This document shows positions 46,651-55,937 of a stretch of 64,000 bases of DNA, in pieces. How positions within the stretch are numbered: the first letter of the stretch is position 1; each line of letters opens with the position of its first letter. Source of the stretch: Chloroflexota bacterium (GTDB lineage Bacteria > Chloroflexota > Limnocylindria > P2-11E); the NCBI GenBank assembly GCA_038040345.1, contig JBBPIQ010000009.1, positions 3,165 through 67,164 on the forward strand. The letters are read 5' to 3'. The translations under genes were made by a program, and so were the position numbers. A model generated the notes under the pieces. That model saw nothing but the letters and a program-made list of their open reading frames with translations, had not been told where the DNA came from and searched no databases.

Positions 46651-48162
46651 CTATGCGGCGGTGCCGTTGAAGTACGACTGTGCCTTCACCCACGCCGCTC
46701 GCGCGGCGAGTCGTCCGGTCGCCCGCGCGTCGAGATCGCCTTGCTCGAAATGGATCCCGCCGTAGCGCCGCGATAGGCCCGCCTGGTCAGCCGCGTCGGA
46801 GAAGGTGTCCCACGAGAGCGTGATGTCGCGCGCCGGCGCGAGACCCGGCTCGACCGCCGAGCTCCCCGCCGCGAACGTGACCGATGCCCCGAAGCGATCG
46901 CTTCCCGTGAAGAGCCGGAGGATCTCCGCGCCTGCGGCGCTGAAGTTGCTGTGCCCGGACGAGTATTCCGGGAAGGGCGGCGTCGGGAATGTCCGCGTCT
47001 GGTACGGGAACCAATCGTCGCCTCGAATCATCCGCGTTCCCTGGCCTGGGCCACCCCACGCACGGACCTGTTTGCCGTGGAAGAGATAGCGGATCGCAGT
47101 GATCGGGCGCACCGACGCGAACGCGCACTTGTTGTCCCAACCGCAAATGCCCGCGTCGAAGATCGCGTTGGTCAGCGTGAAGAACAGCTTCGCCGCTTGA
47201 TCGAGATCCCGCTCGCTGTCGCCGAAGTGGTCACGATGCGCGACCAGCTGTGCGAACAGGTTCCAGTGGCCGGGCGGAAGCTCGGACCGCGGCCCGTCGG
47301 CCCAGTAGAGCGCGATCACCTTCTGCTCGTCGGTGAGGCTCGCGCTCAGGTCGAGGAGCGCCTCAGCCTGGCCGACGAATTCGGTCGAGCCGTACCGCGC
47401 GGGACCAGTCGGCGAGCGCTGCTGTGCGCTCGAGGTGAGGGCAAAGGGGGCGACACGCTGCCATTGCGCGCCGACAAAGCGCGGCGTGACCACCGCGCCG
47501 CTCCCGTCGACGTAGCGCAGGGGCTGCCACAAGTTCGGGTGGCTCACCGTTGAGAGATCGAATGGGAACCGGATGTCCATCGGCGCGTTCAGGGGAACGA
47601 ATCCGGTGTAGTCGGAGTACGCGACGCCCAGTATCCCGCCCGGCTCGTCGCCGAGCTGATTCGCGCCGTCGTGATGCCGGAACGCCAACACGGCCTGCGA
47701 GGTGAGGTTGCCAATACCGGTAGGAGTCCTCGGGTTCAGGGAGTTGTCGGCCGCATCGAACCCCAGGCTCGTCATCAGCGGACCGAAGACGGTCGCTACG
47801 CTGGCCGGAAAGAGATCGGCTGCCGCGCGGTAGGCAGCGAAGCTGATCGCTTGCTCCTTGTTCGAGAGCGATCGCTCCCGGGCTGGACGTCGCAGCGCCC
47901 CGCCCAAGCGCGTGCCGACGGCGAGGCGGTCGTACGCAGCCCACGCGTCGAAGATGCAGGTATGCCCGATGGCGAGCGCCCGTGAGACCATCGGGGGACC
48001 CAGCTTCGAGTCACGCACGCCTTGCAGGAACGCGTCGTTCCATCGCAAGAGCACGTTCCCGCGTTCCGTCTTCGAGGCCGCCGCTTGGAACGGGTTGAGG
48101 AGAACGAGGCCGCCCGCCCCGACGGTCCCCAAGAATTCACGGCGCGAGATTGCGTAGCGCAA
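46651..48162 (-). CDS. Tat-exported PAP2 / vanadium-dependent haloperoxidase-like protein
   Basis: Twin-arginine motif SRREFLGTVGAGG. C-terminal PAP2-type motifs PEYSSGHS and SRRYGGIHF. The TTG at 48162, preceded by GAGGGGGAGGGG, is preferred over the listed 48264. Confidence 0.7.
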   Translation of the reverse strand: MRYAISRREFLGTVGAGGLVLLNPFQAAASKTERGNVLLRWNDAFLQGVRDSKLGPPMVSRALAIGHTCIFDAWAAYDRLAVGTRLGGALRRPARERSLSNKEQAISFAAYRAAADLFPASVATVFGPLMTSLGFDAADNSLNPRTPTGIGNLTSQAVLAFRHHDGANQLGDEPGGILGVAYSDYTGFVPLNAPMDIRFPFDLSTVSHPNLWQPLRYVDGSGAVVTPRFVGAQWQRVAPFALTSSAQQRSPTGPARYGSTEFVGQAEALLDLSASLTDEQKVIALYWADGPRSELPPGHWNLFAQLVAHRDHFGDSERDLDQAAKLFFTLTNAIFDAGICGWDNKCAFASVRPITAIRYLFHGKQVRAWGGPGQGTRMIRGDDWFPYQTRTFPTPPFPEYSSGHSNFSAAGAEILRLFTGSDRFGASVTFAAGSSAVEPGLAPARDITLSWDTFSDAADQAGLSRRYGGIHFEQGDLDARATGRLAARAAWVKAQSYFNGTAA

Positions 48163-48313
48163 CCCTTCCCCTCCCCCTCGGTCCCGCGCGCATCCTACTC
48201 GCCGCCAGGACCGGGATTCGGAGCGCGAGTCGTCGCGCCGCGCCTCTGTCGATCGCCCAATCAAAGGTGCTGCGTCGGAACACTGATCGTTGGTTAGACC
48301 TGGGAGGAAGCGA

Positions 48314-48496
48314 CTACGGCCGGGGTTTGTCCTCCAGCCACTGACAGCCCATCGAGCGGCAATCGTGCGCCTGGTACGTCGAGTGGCGCGGGTGCCACAA
48401 CATCATGAGCAGCCCGACGGCGGTCAGCACCACGAAGGCGAGGACAAAAGCGATCTGACCTTCAACGGTGAGCATGTCGAGAAGAGCGTTTCCCAT
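48314..48496 (-). CDS. Possible 60-aa single-TM protein upstream of the haloperoxidase gene
   Basis: Hydrophobic helix IAFVLAFVVLTAVGLLMMLW. No homology recognised. Confidence 0.25.
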   Translation of the reverse strand: MGNALLDMLTVEGQIAFVLAFVVLTAVGLLMMLWHPRHSTYQAHDCRSMGCQWLEDKPRP

Positions 48497-48596
48497 TCCC
48501 TGAACCCCTTGCGTCTTAGAGCGGCACTCGCTTGCGCCGGACTTCCTCGCCGAAACTTTACCGCGCTCCGCGGCGAGCTTTGGTGTCAGGCGGCGG

Positions 48597-51500
48597 TCAG
48601 CGACCCACGCGTTTGCGTGCGTAGGCTCGTGTGTCTGCGTTCTCGACGAGCGCTTCGGCAGTGCGGCCGTCCATCGGATACGAGGACACGCCCCACGAGC
48701 GCGCCGGCATCTTTATCGCGCCGCCGCCGGGCAGCTTTACGTCGGTTGCGTCGAGGATCTCCATCAAACGGATGACCACTTTCTCGGCCTCTTCGCGCGC
48801 CGTGTCGGGCATCACGATCGCGAACTCGTCGCCGCCATACCGGGCCGGCACGTCCTCGGTCCGCACCCGCTCCGTGATGGTCTGCCCGAGCATCCGCAGC
48901 ACCTCGTTGCCGGCGAGGTGGCCGTAGGTGTCGTTCACCTTCTTGAGCTCGTCGATGTCGAAGAAGGCCACGGCCAGGGCCGACTGGCGCCGCTCGGCGC
49001 GCGCGACCTCCTCCTCGAGGCGGTCGTAGAAGTAGCGGTAGTTGTGGATTCCGGTGAGCGCGTCGGTGTTCGCCGCCCGCTTGAGCCGCTCGTGCAGCTC
49101 CGCAACCTCGATCTGGGCCGCGATCTGGGCTCCGACCGTCTCCATGAGCGTCAGGTCCCGCTTGCTGAAGGCGGCGACGGCGGGGTGGCTCAGCACGAGT
49201 ACACCCACGGCCTGCCCGCGCGAGACGAGCGGGACGATGAGCTCGCTTCGGACCCGCGGGTCGCCGATGTAACGAGGGTCGGCACGAACGTCGTCGACGA
49301 TCTGGCCCTCGCGGTGGGTGAAGACCCAGCCGGAGATGCCGCGGTCGCTCGCCATGCGCGCGGGCGAATCGATGGTGGTCCACGCGCCGGCGACCGCACG
49401 TGAGACGAGCTCGTCGGACTGCTGGTCGTGCAGCAGGATCGTGAGCGACGCGCCAGGCACGGCGCGCAGGAGCACGACCAGCGTGCGGTCGAGGAGCTGC
49501 TGCAGGTCGAGGATCGTGTGGAACTCCGGCGTGAGCTCGGACAGGATCGAGAGCTCGCGGCTCGTCGAGGCGACGTCCTCTTCCGCGGCGTGGATGATCC
49601 CGCGCGCCTCGACCATCGAGACGAACGCGTTCACGACTGTCGGGTCGTAGTACGTGCCGGCGAAGCCCTTGATCTCGGCGAGCGCCTGATCCTCTCGCCG
49701 CGCGGGCCGGTACGGTCGCTCGGCGAGCATCGACTCGAACGCGATCGCGACGGCGAGGATGCGCGCCGTGAGCGGGATCTGGTCGCCGATGAGCGCATCC
49801 GGGTAGCCAGTGCCGTCCCAGCGCTCGTAGGCGTGGCGGACGATCGGCACGACCCCGCGCAGGAAGCGGATCGACTCGAGGATGCGCGCACCGAGGATCG
49901 GGTGCTCCTGCATGATCTTTTTCTCTTCGGGCGTGAGCGGGCCGGCCTTCGACAGGATCGCGGCGGGCACACCGATCTTGCCGAGCGAGTGGAACAGCGA
50001 CGCGTAGCGCAGGTCGCGGAGCTCGTGCTCGCTCATCTCGAGACGCTCGCCCACGGCGACCGCGTCCGCTGCGATCTTCCGCTGGTGGTCCTCGCGGTAG
50101 TGGTCCCGCGCGACGATCGTGGACATGAGCGTCGAGACTGTCGATAGGTAGGCCTCATCGAGCTCGCGATACAGGCGAATCGACCGCATCGTCGAGGCGC
50201 CGACGCCCGCCAGGATGCCGATGAGCTCGCGCTCCTCGTCCGTGAACACATGCGGCTCGTGCCAGGTGACGAAGAGGACGCCGATGGTCTGGTCCGCCGA
50301 GCGCAGCGGGTGGACCAGAAGCGCATCGTGCCCGAAGCGCTCGAGAAGCTTGCGGGTCGACTCGGGAGAGTCCACCCGGCGAGAGAACGCGACGGGCTGG
50401 CCCGTCTCGAGCACCCGCGAGATCACCGGCGAGGTCTTCGGCAGCGAAAGGACGTCGCTCGTCGCCTTTCCGGTGGTGAACGCGAAGTCGAGCGTATCGC
50501 CGCCCTTGTCGACGTACACGGCGGAGACGGCGGGCTTCAGCAGGTCAACGACCGATTCCGCGAGGAGCTTCGTGACCTCGACGAGCTCGGTCTTCTCCGA
50601 GATCGCGAGGCCGATGCGATGCAGCTCGAAGAGCCGACGGGATAGCGTCGCGGTGCGGTCGTACAGGGTGGCGCGCTCCAGAGCGATCGACGCCTCGTTC
50701 GCGATCGCGGCGAGAAGCTGCAGGTCGCCCTCGTCGTAGGCGCTGGGCCGGCGGCTCTGCGCGGAGATCGCGCCCACGAACGTGTCGCGCTGCTTGAGCG
50801 GCGCGACGATGATCGACTGCTCGACGATGGCGCCCCAGGACTCGAGATCGGGCATTCCGAGCCGTCGCGCGTCGCGCTCGACCTCCTTTAATAGGAGTGG
50901 TCCGCGTTCGATGGTCGCGCCAACGAGCGTGCCCTCCTTCGGACGCTCGACCGGCTCGAGCTCCTTGCCGCCGTCCATGAGGAACCGGTAGCGCACGGTC
51001 GCTCCGTCGGGGCTCAGCGTGGCGACGAAGAAGTTGTCGGCGTCCATGACCGCGGCGACCTGGCGATAGACGTTTCGGAAGACCTCCTGCGGATCGAGCG
51101 ACGCGCCGACGGCGTGGCTCACCTCGACGAGCGTGGCGAGGAGACGCGCGCGGCGCTCCGCGACGAATCGCGCACGGATGTCGAGGTACCCCAGAAGGAA
51201 CAGCGGCACCGCGGGGAGCAGGAACCACGGCTGGATGAGGACGATCTCGATCGTGATGACCGCGGCAAGTCCCCAGAGGAGCTGCGCTCGTCCGGTACGG
51301 CCGATCCAACTCAAGGTCGATCTGGTGAGGCGCTCCGTGCCGAGGATGAGCTGCAGCGCGATGATCTGTCCGAGGTCGAGCAGGACGAGGGCGATCGCGG
51401 CGATCGCGCCTGCGACGATGACCTCGCCGATCGTCCCGGTGACCCGGTCGACCATCGACATGATCACGAGCTGGAAGGACATCGCGGCGACGCCCGCGCT

Positions 51501-51836
51501 GATCGCCTGCGCGGCGGAGTTGCGGAGGATGCGGATGGGCGACTTCCGCGTCACGAGGTCGTTGACGAAGCGGGCGGATCCCGCGACGAGCGCGAGCGTG
51601 CCCGGCGGGAGGAGCACGACGCCGGCGAGGACGGCGACTTCGGACGCGGAGAGCTCGACGTTCGTCGCGATGCGGATCGGCCGGAGCGAAAGCAGAACGC
51701 AGAGAGCCCAGATGTAGAAGGCGACGGTCGGCGGCTCGTCCCCGAGCACGTCCTGGACCCCGAGCGCGACGAACGGAACCGCGACAAGGCAGGTGATCGC
51801 GATGAACACGTATGCGCGGGCGGGGATCGGTCTCAT
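48597..51836 (-). CDS. Membrane-anchored multidomain c-di-GMP protein: TM region, GAF, HD-GYP, GAF, GGDEF
   Basis: HD-GYP motifs HSLGKIGVP, HPILGARILE and HAYERWDGTGYP. GGDEF motifs DALTGIHNYRYF, FDIDELKKVNDTYGHLAGNEVL and YGGDEFAIV. Confidence 0.85.
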   Translation of the reverse strand: MRPIPARAYVFIAITCLVAVPFVALGVQDVLGDEPPTVAFYIWALCVLLSLRPIRIATNVELSASEVAVLAGVVLLPPGTLALVAGSARFVNDLVTRKSPIRILRNSAAQAISAGVAAMSFQLVIMSMVDRVTGTIGEVIVAGAIAAIALVLLDLGQIIALQLILGTERLTRSTLSWIGRTGRAQLLWGLAAVITIEIVLIQPWFLLPAVPLFLLGYLDIRARFVAERRARLLATLVEVSHAVGASLDPQEVFRNVYRQVAAVMDADNFFVATLSPDGATVRYRFLMDGGKELEPVERPKEGTLVGATIERGPLLLKEVERDARRLGMPDLESWGAIVEQSIIVAPLKQRDTFVGAISAQSRRPSAYDEGDLQLLAAIANEASIALERATLYDRTATLSRRLFELHRIGLAISEKTELVEVTKLLAESVVDLLKPAVSAVYVDKGGDTLDFAFTTGKATSDVLSLPKTSPVISRVLETGQPVAFSRRVDSPESTRKLLERFGHDALLVHPLRSADQTIGVLFVTWHEPHVFTDEERELIGILAGVGASTMRSIRLYRELDEAYLSTVSTLMSTIVARDHYREDHQRKIAADAVAVGERLEMSEHELRDLRYASLFHSLGKIGVPAAILSKAGPLTPEEKKIMQEHPILGARILESIRFLRGVVPIVRHAYERWDGTGYPDALIGDQIPLTARILAVAIAFESMLAERPYRPARREDQALAEIKGFAGTYYDPTVVNAFVSMVEARGIIHAAEEDVASTSRELSILSELTPEFHTILDLQQLLDRTLVVLLRAVPGASLTILLHDQQSDELVSRAVAGAWTTIDSPARMASDRGISGWVFTHREGQIVDDVRADPRYIGDPRVRSELIVPLVSRGQAVGVLVLSHPAVAAFSKRDLTLMETVGAQIAAQIEVAELHERLKRAANTDALTGIHNYRYFYDRLEEEVARAERRQSALAVAFFDIDELKKVNDTYGHLAGNEVLRMLGQTITERVRTEDVPARYGGDEFAIVMPDTAREEAEKVVIRLMEILDATDVKLPGGGAIKMPARSWGVSSYPMDGRTAEALVENADTRAYARKRVGR

Positions 51837-51915
51837 CGTCGCCCTTCCAGCACTCCGAACCGTATTACCGGGCGATTTCGGCCAGGAATCAGGCGGCTAT
51901 CAGTCGACTAGGAAA

Positions 51916-52359
51916 TCAGGATTGGCCTTCGGCAGCGGGCTCCCGGAACCATCGCACGACGATCTTCTCGGGCCGATCGACCTGTTGGTCGATCTCCCAC
52001 CCTGCTCTTACTAAACGTTCCACGTCGTTCTGGTATTTACGGACGTCGGCGTACTCGCGGACCATCGTCTCGCGCTGGCCGGAACGACCGGGTCGCAGCT
52101 CGCTCGGCGCGAGCGCGCCGCCGATCTTCGCCCAAAGCGACGGTCGCCGCTTCGGGTCGACGGGCGTCGTCGTTCGCTTGAGCCGCTCGTCGATCGAGTA
52201 GCGCTGCATCGGTATGCGCGGCTTCGGCGCGGTCACCGTGAACGGTTGACTCGTGTTTCTGGGCACGTCCCTCCCGCAAAAGCGGCAGAGGATCGCGGCA
52301 TCCTGGATCTGTTCGGCGCAGTAGGGACAAGCACGCACGGCCGTAAGGCTAGCGCTCAT
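51916..52359 (-). CDS. Zinc-ribbon domain protein
   Basis: CPYCAEQIQDAAILCRFCG at the N-terminus. The rest is unassigned. Confidence 0.5.
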   Translation of the reverse strand: MSASLTAVRACPYCAEQIQDAAILCRFCGRDVPRNTSQPFTVTAPKPRIPMQRYSIDERLKRTTTPVDPKRRPSLWAKIGGALAPSELRPGRSGQRETMVREYADVRKYQNDVERLVRAGWEIDQQVDRPEKIVVRWFREPAAEGQS

Positions 52360-52363
52360 CGCG

Positions 52364-52513
52364 TTAGCGCGAGCGGAGCCACCTCTCGCCGAGAAGGATA
52401 GCGATGAACAACGCGGCGATACCGAGGAATTCGCCGAGGCCGCCGCGGTCGATGGCCGGGCGGATCACCGCGACGAAAAGGAGGAGCGTCAGGACCGCAG
52501 CCGCGGTCGCCAT
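52364..52513 (-). CDS. Possible 49-aa two-helix membrane peptide downstream of sdhB (below the track cutoff)
   Basis: My own translation is MATAAAVLTLLLFVAVIRPAIDRGGLGEFLGIAALFIAILLGERWLRSR. No homology recognised. Confidence 0.2.
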   Translation of the reverse strand: MATAAAVLTLLLFVAVIRPAIDRGGLGEFLGIAALFIAILLGERWLRSR

Positions 52514-52530
52514 GAACACCACACGCACGG

Positions 52531-53316
52531 TCACGCGGACGGCGGCTCCGGCTCGGGTGGCGCGAACTCGTCCTTCTTCCCGCGGATGCGGCGTAGCGCC
52601 CAGGCGATCGGGTCGTAGTGCGCGCTCACGACGCGCTCCTTCAGCGGGATGATCGCGTTATCGGTGATGTGGATGTCCTCGGGGCACACCTCGGTGCAGC
52701 ACTTGGTGATGTTGCAGAAGCCGAGGCCGTGCTTCGCGCGGATGAGATCGATGCGCTCGTTCGCGTCGAGCGGATGCATCTCCAGCGCGGCGAGCCGCAC
52801 GAAGAACCGCGGGCCGGAGAAGCTCTGCTTATTCTCCTCGTGATCGCGGATGACGTGGCAGACGTCCTGGCAGAGGAAGCATTCGATGCACTTGTGGAAT
52901 TCCTGCACTCGCTCGATGTCTTCCTGGTACATGCGCCGCTTGCCGTCGGGGTCCTTTGGCTTCGGCTTGAACGGCGGGACGGTCTTCGCCTTCTCGTAGT
53001 TGAACGAGACATCGGTGACGAGATCTTTGATCACCGGGAACGTCTTCACCGGCGAGATCGTGATGTGCTCGTCCGGCGCGAACTCATTCATACGCGTCAT
53101 GCACATGAGCTTCGGATGGCCGTTGATCTCGGCGCTGCACGAACCGCATTTTCCCGCCTTGCAGTTCCAGCGCACCGCCAGATCCGGCGCCTTCTCCGCC
53201 TGGATACGGTGCACGACATCGAGCACCACCATGCCCTCGTCGGCCGCGACCTTGTAGGGCATGAAGTCGCCGCCCGAAGCGTCGCCCCGCCACACCCAGA
53301 CCTTGACGTCGGGCAT
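52531..53316 (-). CDS. sdhB: Succinate dehydrogenase/fumarate reductase iron-sulfur subunit
   Basis: CKAGKCGSCSAEING, CIECFLCQDVC and CNITKCCTEVCP. The ATG at 53316 shares a base with the sdhA TGA. Confidence 0.9.
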   Translation of the reverse strand: MPDVKVWVWRGDASGGDFMPYKVAADEGMVVLDVVHRIQAEKAPDLAVRWNCKAGKCGSCSAEINGHPKLMCMTRMNEFAPDEHITISPVKTFPVIKDLVTDVSFNYEKAKTVPPFKPKPKDPDGKRRMYQEDIERVQEFHKCIECFLCQDVCHVIRDHEENKQSFSGPRFFVRLAALEMHPLDANERIDLIRAKHGLGFCNITKCCTEVCPEDIHITDNAIIPLKERVVSAHYDPIAWALRRIRGKKDEFAPPEPEPPSA

Positions 53317-55163
53317 CAGTCGTCCCCTGCCGCGACAGCAGTCTTCACACCCGTCGCGGCCTCGCCGGAAGGCTTGTCCTCGCCGAGGAGCGCGCTGAGC
53401 TCGGCGGGTACCTTCGGGATCGGCTCGGTGCTGATCACGAGGCGGCCGTCGCGCTTTCGGGTGACGACGTTCTTGGTGCCCCACTCCGGATCGGTCTTCG
53501 GAAAGTCCTCGCGGGTGTGGCCGCCGCGGCTCTCCTCGCGGATCAGGGCGCTCCGGGTCACCGCCTCCGAGACGCCGACGAGGTTCTCGAGATCGAGCGC
53601 GAGGTGCCAGCCCGGGTTGTAGATGCGAGAGCCCGTCACGCGGGCCCGAGCCGCTCGGGCGCGGAGCCGCTCGAGTCCAGCGAGCGCCTCCTCGAGCTCG
53701 TCTCGGCGCCGGATGATCCCGACGAGCGACTGCATCATGTCCTGCAGCTCGGAGTGGATCGCGTACGGGTTTTCATCGCCGCCTTTTTCGAACGGCGCTT
53801 CCATTCGCTGCGCGAACGCGCTCATCTGCGTGTCGTCGACCTTCGTCGCGCGCGCACGTTTGCTGTACTCGGCCGCGGCCTCGCCGGCGCGGCGTCCGAA
53901 GACGAGCAGGTCCGAGAGCGAGTTGCCGCCGAGACGGTTCGCCCCGTGCATGCCGGCCGCTACCTCGCCCGCCGCGTAGAGCCCCGGCACGGTCGCGGCC
54001 GCCGTGTCCGGGTCGACGCGAATGCCGCCCATGATGTAGTGGAGCGTCGGGCCGATCTCCATCTGCTGCTTCGTGATGTCTACGTCGGCCAGCTCCTTGA
54101 ACTGGTGGTACATCGAGGGAAGGCGGCGCTTGATGTAATCGGCGGACCGTCGCGTCGCGATGTCGAGGAACACGCCGCCGTGCTCGGTGCCGCGTCCCGC
54201 CTTGACCTCGGTGTTGATTGCGCGCGCGACCTCGTCGCGCGGGAGGAGGTCGGGCGTTCGGCGGTTGTTCTTCTTGTCCTCGAACCACGCGTCCGCCTCC
54301 TTCTCGGTGTCGGCGGTCTCGGCGCGGAAGAACGCGGGGACGTAGTTGAACATGAAGCGCTCGCCCGATTTGTTGCGAAGCGTCCCGCCGTCGCCGCGCA
54401 CCCCCTCCGTGACGAGAAGTCCGCGGACCGACGGCGGCCAGATCATGCCGGTCGGGTGGAACTGGGTCATCTCCATGTCGATGAGGTCGGCGCCGGCCTC
54501 GAGCGCCATCGCGATCCCATCGCCCGTGTACTCCCACGAGTTCGAGGTGACCCGCCACGCTCTACCGACCCCGCCCGTCGCGAGGACGACGGCCTTCGCG
54601 CCGAACGCGACGAGCTTGCCGGACTGACGCCAGTAGCCGATCGCGCCCGTCACGCGCTCGCCGTCGGTGAGGAGATTGCGCAGCGTGCACTCCATGAAGA
54701 CGTCGATGCCCTCAGCGACGGCCGCGTCCTGGAGCGTGCGGATCATCTCGAGGCCGGTGCGGTCACCCACGTGGGCGAGCCGTGCGTATCTATGTCCACC
54801 GAAGTCGCGCTGCAGGATGAGACCGTCCTTCGTGCGATCGAAGAGCGCGCCCCACTCCTCGAGCTCGAGCACGCGGTCCGGCGCTTCCTGCGCGTGCAGC
54901 TGCGCCATGCGCCAGTTGTTCAGGAGCTTCCCGCCCCGCATGGTGTCGCGGAAGTGGACTTTCCAGTTGTCCTCGGGCCACACATTGCCGAGCGCCGCCG
55001 CGATGCCGCCCTCGGCCATCACCGTGTGCGCTTTGCCGAGGAGCGACTTGCAGACGATCGCGGTCTTCGCGCCGCGCGCGTGCGCCTCGATCGCGGCGCG
55101 CAGCCCCGCGCCTCCCGCGCCGACGATCACGACATCGTACTCGTGACGCTCGACATCGGCCAC
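53316..55163 (-). CDS. sdhA: Succinate dehydrogenase/fumarate reductase flavoprotein subunit
   Basis: DVVIVGAGGAGLRAA, SHTVMAEGG-type AHTVMAEGG, HPTG and RLGGNSL. The GTG at 55163 abuts the sdhC TAG. Confidence 0.9.
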   Translation of the reverse strand: MADVERHEYDVVIVGAGGAGLRAAIEAHARGAKTAIVCKSLLGKAHTVMAEGGIAAALGNVWPEDNWKVHFRDTMRGGKLLNNWRMAQLHAQEAPDRVLELEEWGALFDRTKDGLILQRDFGGHRYARLAHVGDRTGLEMIRTLQDAAVAEGIDVFMECTLRNLLTDGERVTGAIGYWRQSGKLVAFGAKAVVLATGGVGRAWRVTSNSWEYTGDGIAMALEAGADLIDMEMTQFHPTGMIWPPSVRGLLVTEGVRGDGGTLRNKSGERFMFNYVPAFFRAETADTEKEADAWFEDKKNNRRTPDLLPRDEVARAINTEVKAGRGTEHGGVFLDIATRRSADYIKRRLPSMYHQFKELADVDITKQQMEIGPTLHYIMGGIRVDPDTAAATVPGLYAAGEVAAGMHGANRLGGNSLSDLLVFGRRAGEAAAEYSKRARATKVDDTQMSAFAQRMEAPFEKGGDENPYAIHSELQDMMQSLVGIIRRRDELEEALAGLERLRARAARARVTGSRIYNPGWHLALDLENLVGVSEAVTRSALIREESRGGHTREDFPKTDPEWGTKNVVTRKRDGRLVISTEPIPKVPAELSALLGEDKPSGEAATGVKTAVAAGDD

Positions 55164-55933
55164 TAGAACACGATCCTTGGGTCCTGCAGCACGCCCATCG
55201 CGAGGAGTCGGATATAGGCATCGGTGCTGCCGACGACGAGGAGACTCGCCCACGCCCATCGCGCGTGGCGTGCGTTCAGCCAGTTCGCCCAGCTCCAGAG
55301 GCGGAACCGCAGCGATTTGCCGTGGAAGCTGTCGAGGTAGCCGCCGACGAGGTAGCGCAAGGAATGGCAGCTCGCCGAGTAGCCCGAGAGAAGGATCACG
55401 TTGACGAGCATGAGGATCGATCCGAGCCCGACGCCGAAGTGGCCGTTGAAGTTGAACGCGAGGAATACGTCCCACCACAGGAAGATGAGAAGCGCCGTCG
55501 CGAAGATGAGCGCGTAGCGATGCAGGTTCTGGATGAGGAACGGGAAGCGCGTCTCGCCGGCGTAGCTCTTGCGCGCGTCAGGGACCACGCATGCCGGCGG
55601 CGACCAGAAGAACGCGCGGTAATACGAGCGGCGGTAGTAGTAACAGGTGGCGCGAAAGGCGAGCGGGAACGCCACGATGAGGATCGCGGGCGAGAGATTC
55701 CAGTACGAGCCGATGATCGGGAGCGTCGGATGCACGCAGTTCGCGGTGAGGCAGGGGGAGTAGAGCGGGGAGAGGTACGGCTCGAAGAAATAATTCGTAC
55801 CCACCAGCCCCGCGTACGCCGAGTACACGACGAACGCGCCGAGAACGGCGACGATGACGACGGGTTCGACCCACCAGAAATCCGTTCGCTCGTGCGCGCG
55901 ATCGCGGACCTTGACCGCCGACGCTTGTGCCAC
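55163..55933 (-). CDS. sdhC: Succinate dehydrogenase membrane anchor / cytochrome b subunit (actinobacterial Sdh1-type single anchor)
   Basis: Five or six TM helices with conserved His residues. First gene of the sdh operon. Confidence 0.7.
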   Translation of the reverse strand: MAQASAVKVRDRAHERTDFWWVEPVVIVAVLGAFVVYSAYAGLVGTNYFFEPYLSPLYSPCLTANCVHPTLPIIGSYWNLSPAILIVAFPLAFRATCYYYRRSYYRAFFWSPPACVVPDARKSYAGETRFPFLIQNLHRYALIFATALLIFLWWDVFLAFNFNGHFGVGLGSILMLVNVILLSGYSASCHSLRYLVGGYLDSFHGKSLRFRLWSWANWLNARHARWAWASLLVVGSTDAYIRLLAMGVLQDPRIVF

Positions 55934-55937
55934 CGCT

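Noticed and set aside
52404-52652. 82-aa plus-strand ORF
   Set aside because: It is Arg/Ala-rich, overlaps the sdhB 3' end antisense, and has no motif.
53517-55166. 549-aa plus-strand ORF
   Set aside because: It is antisense to sdhA and has the same Arg/Asp/Ala-rich off-frame composition. The same reasoning applies to 41985-43277, 19079-20422, 22281-23354, 33185-34297, 56004-57032, 59805-61064, 62216-63382 and 37513-38799.
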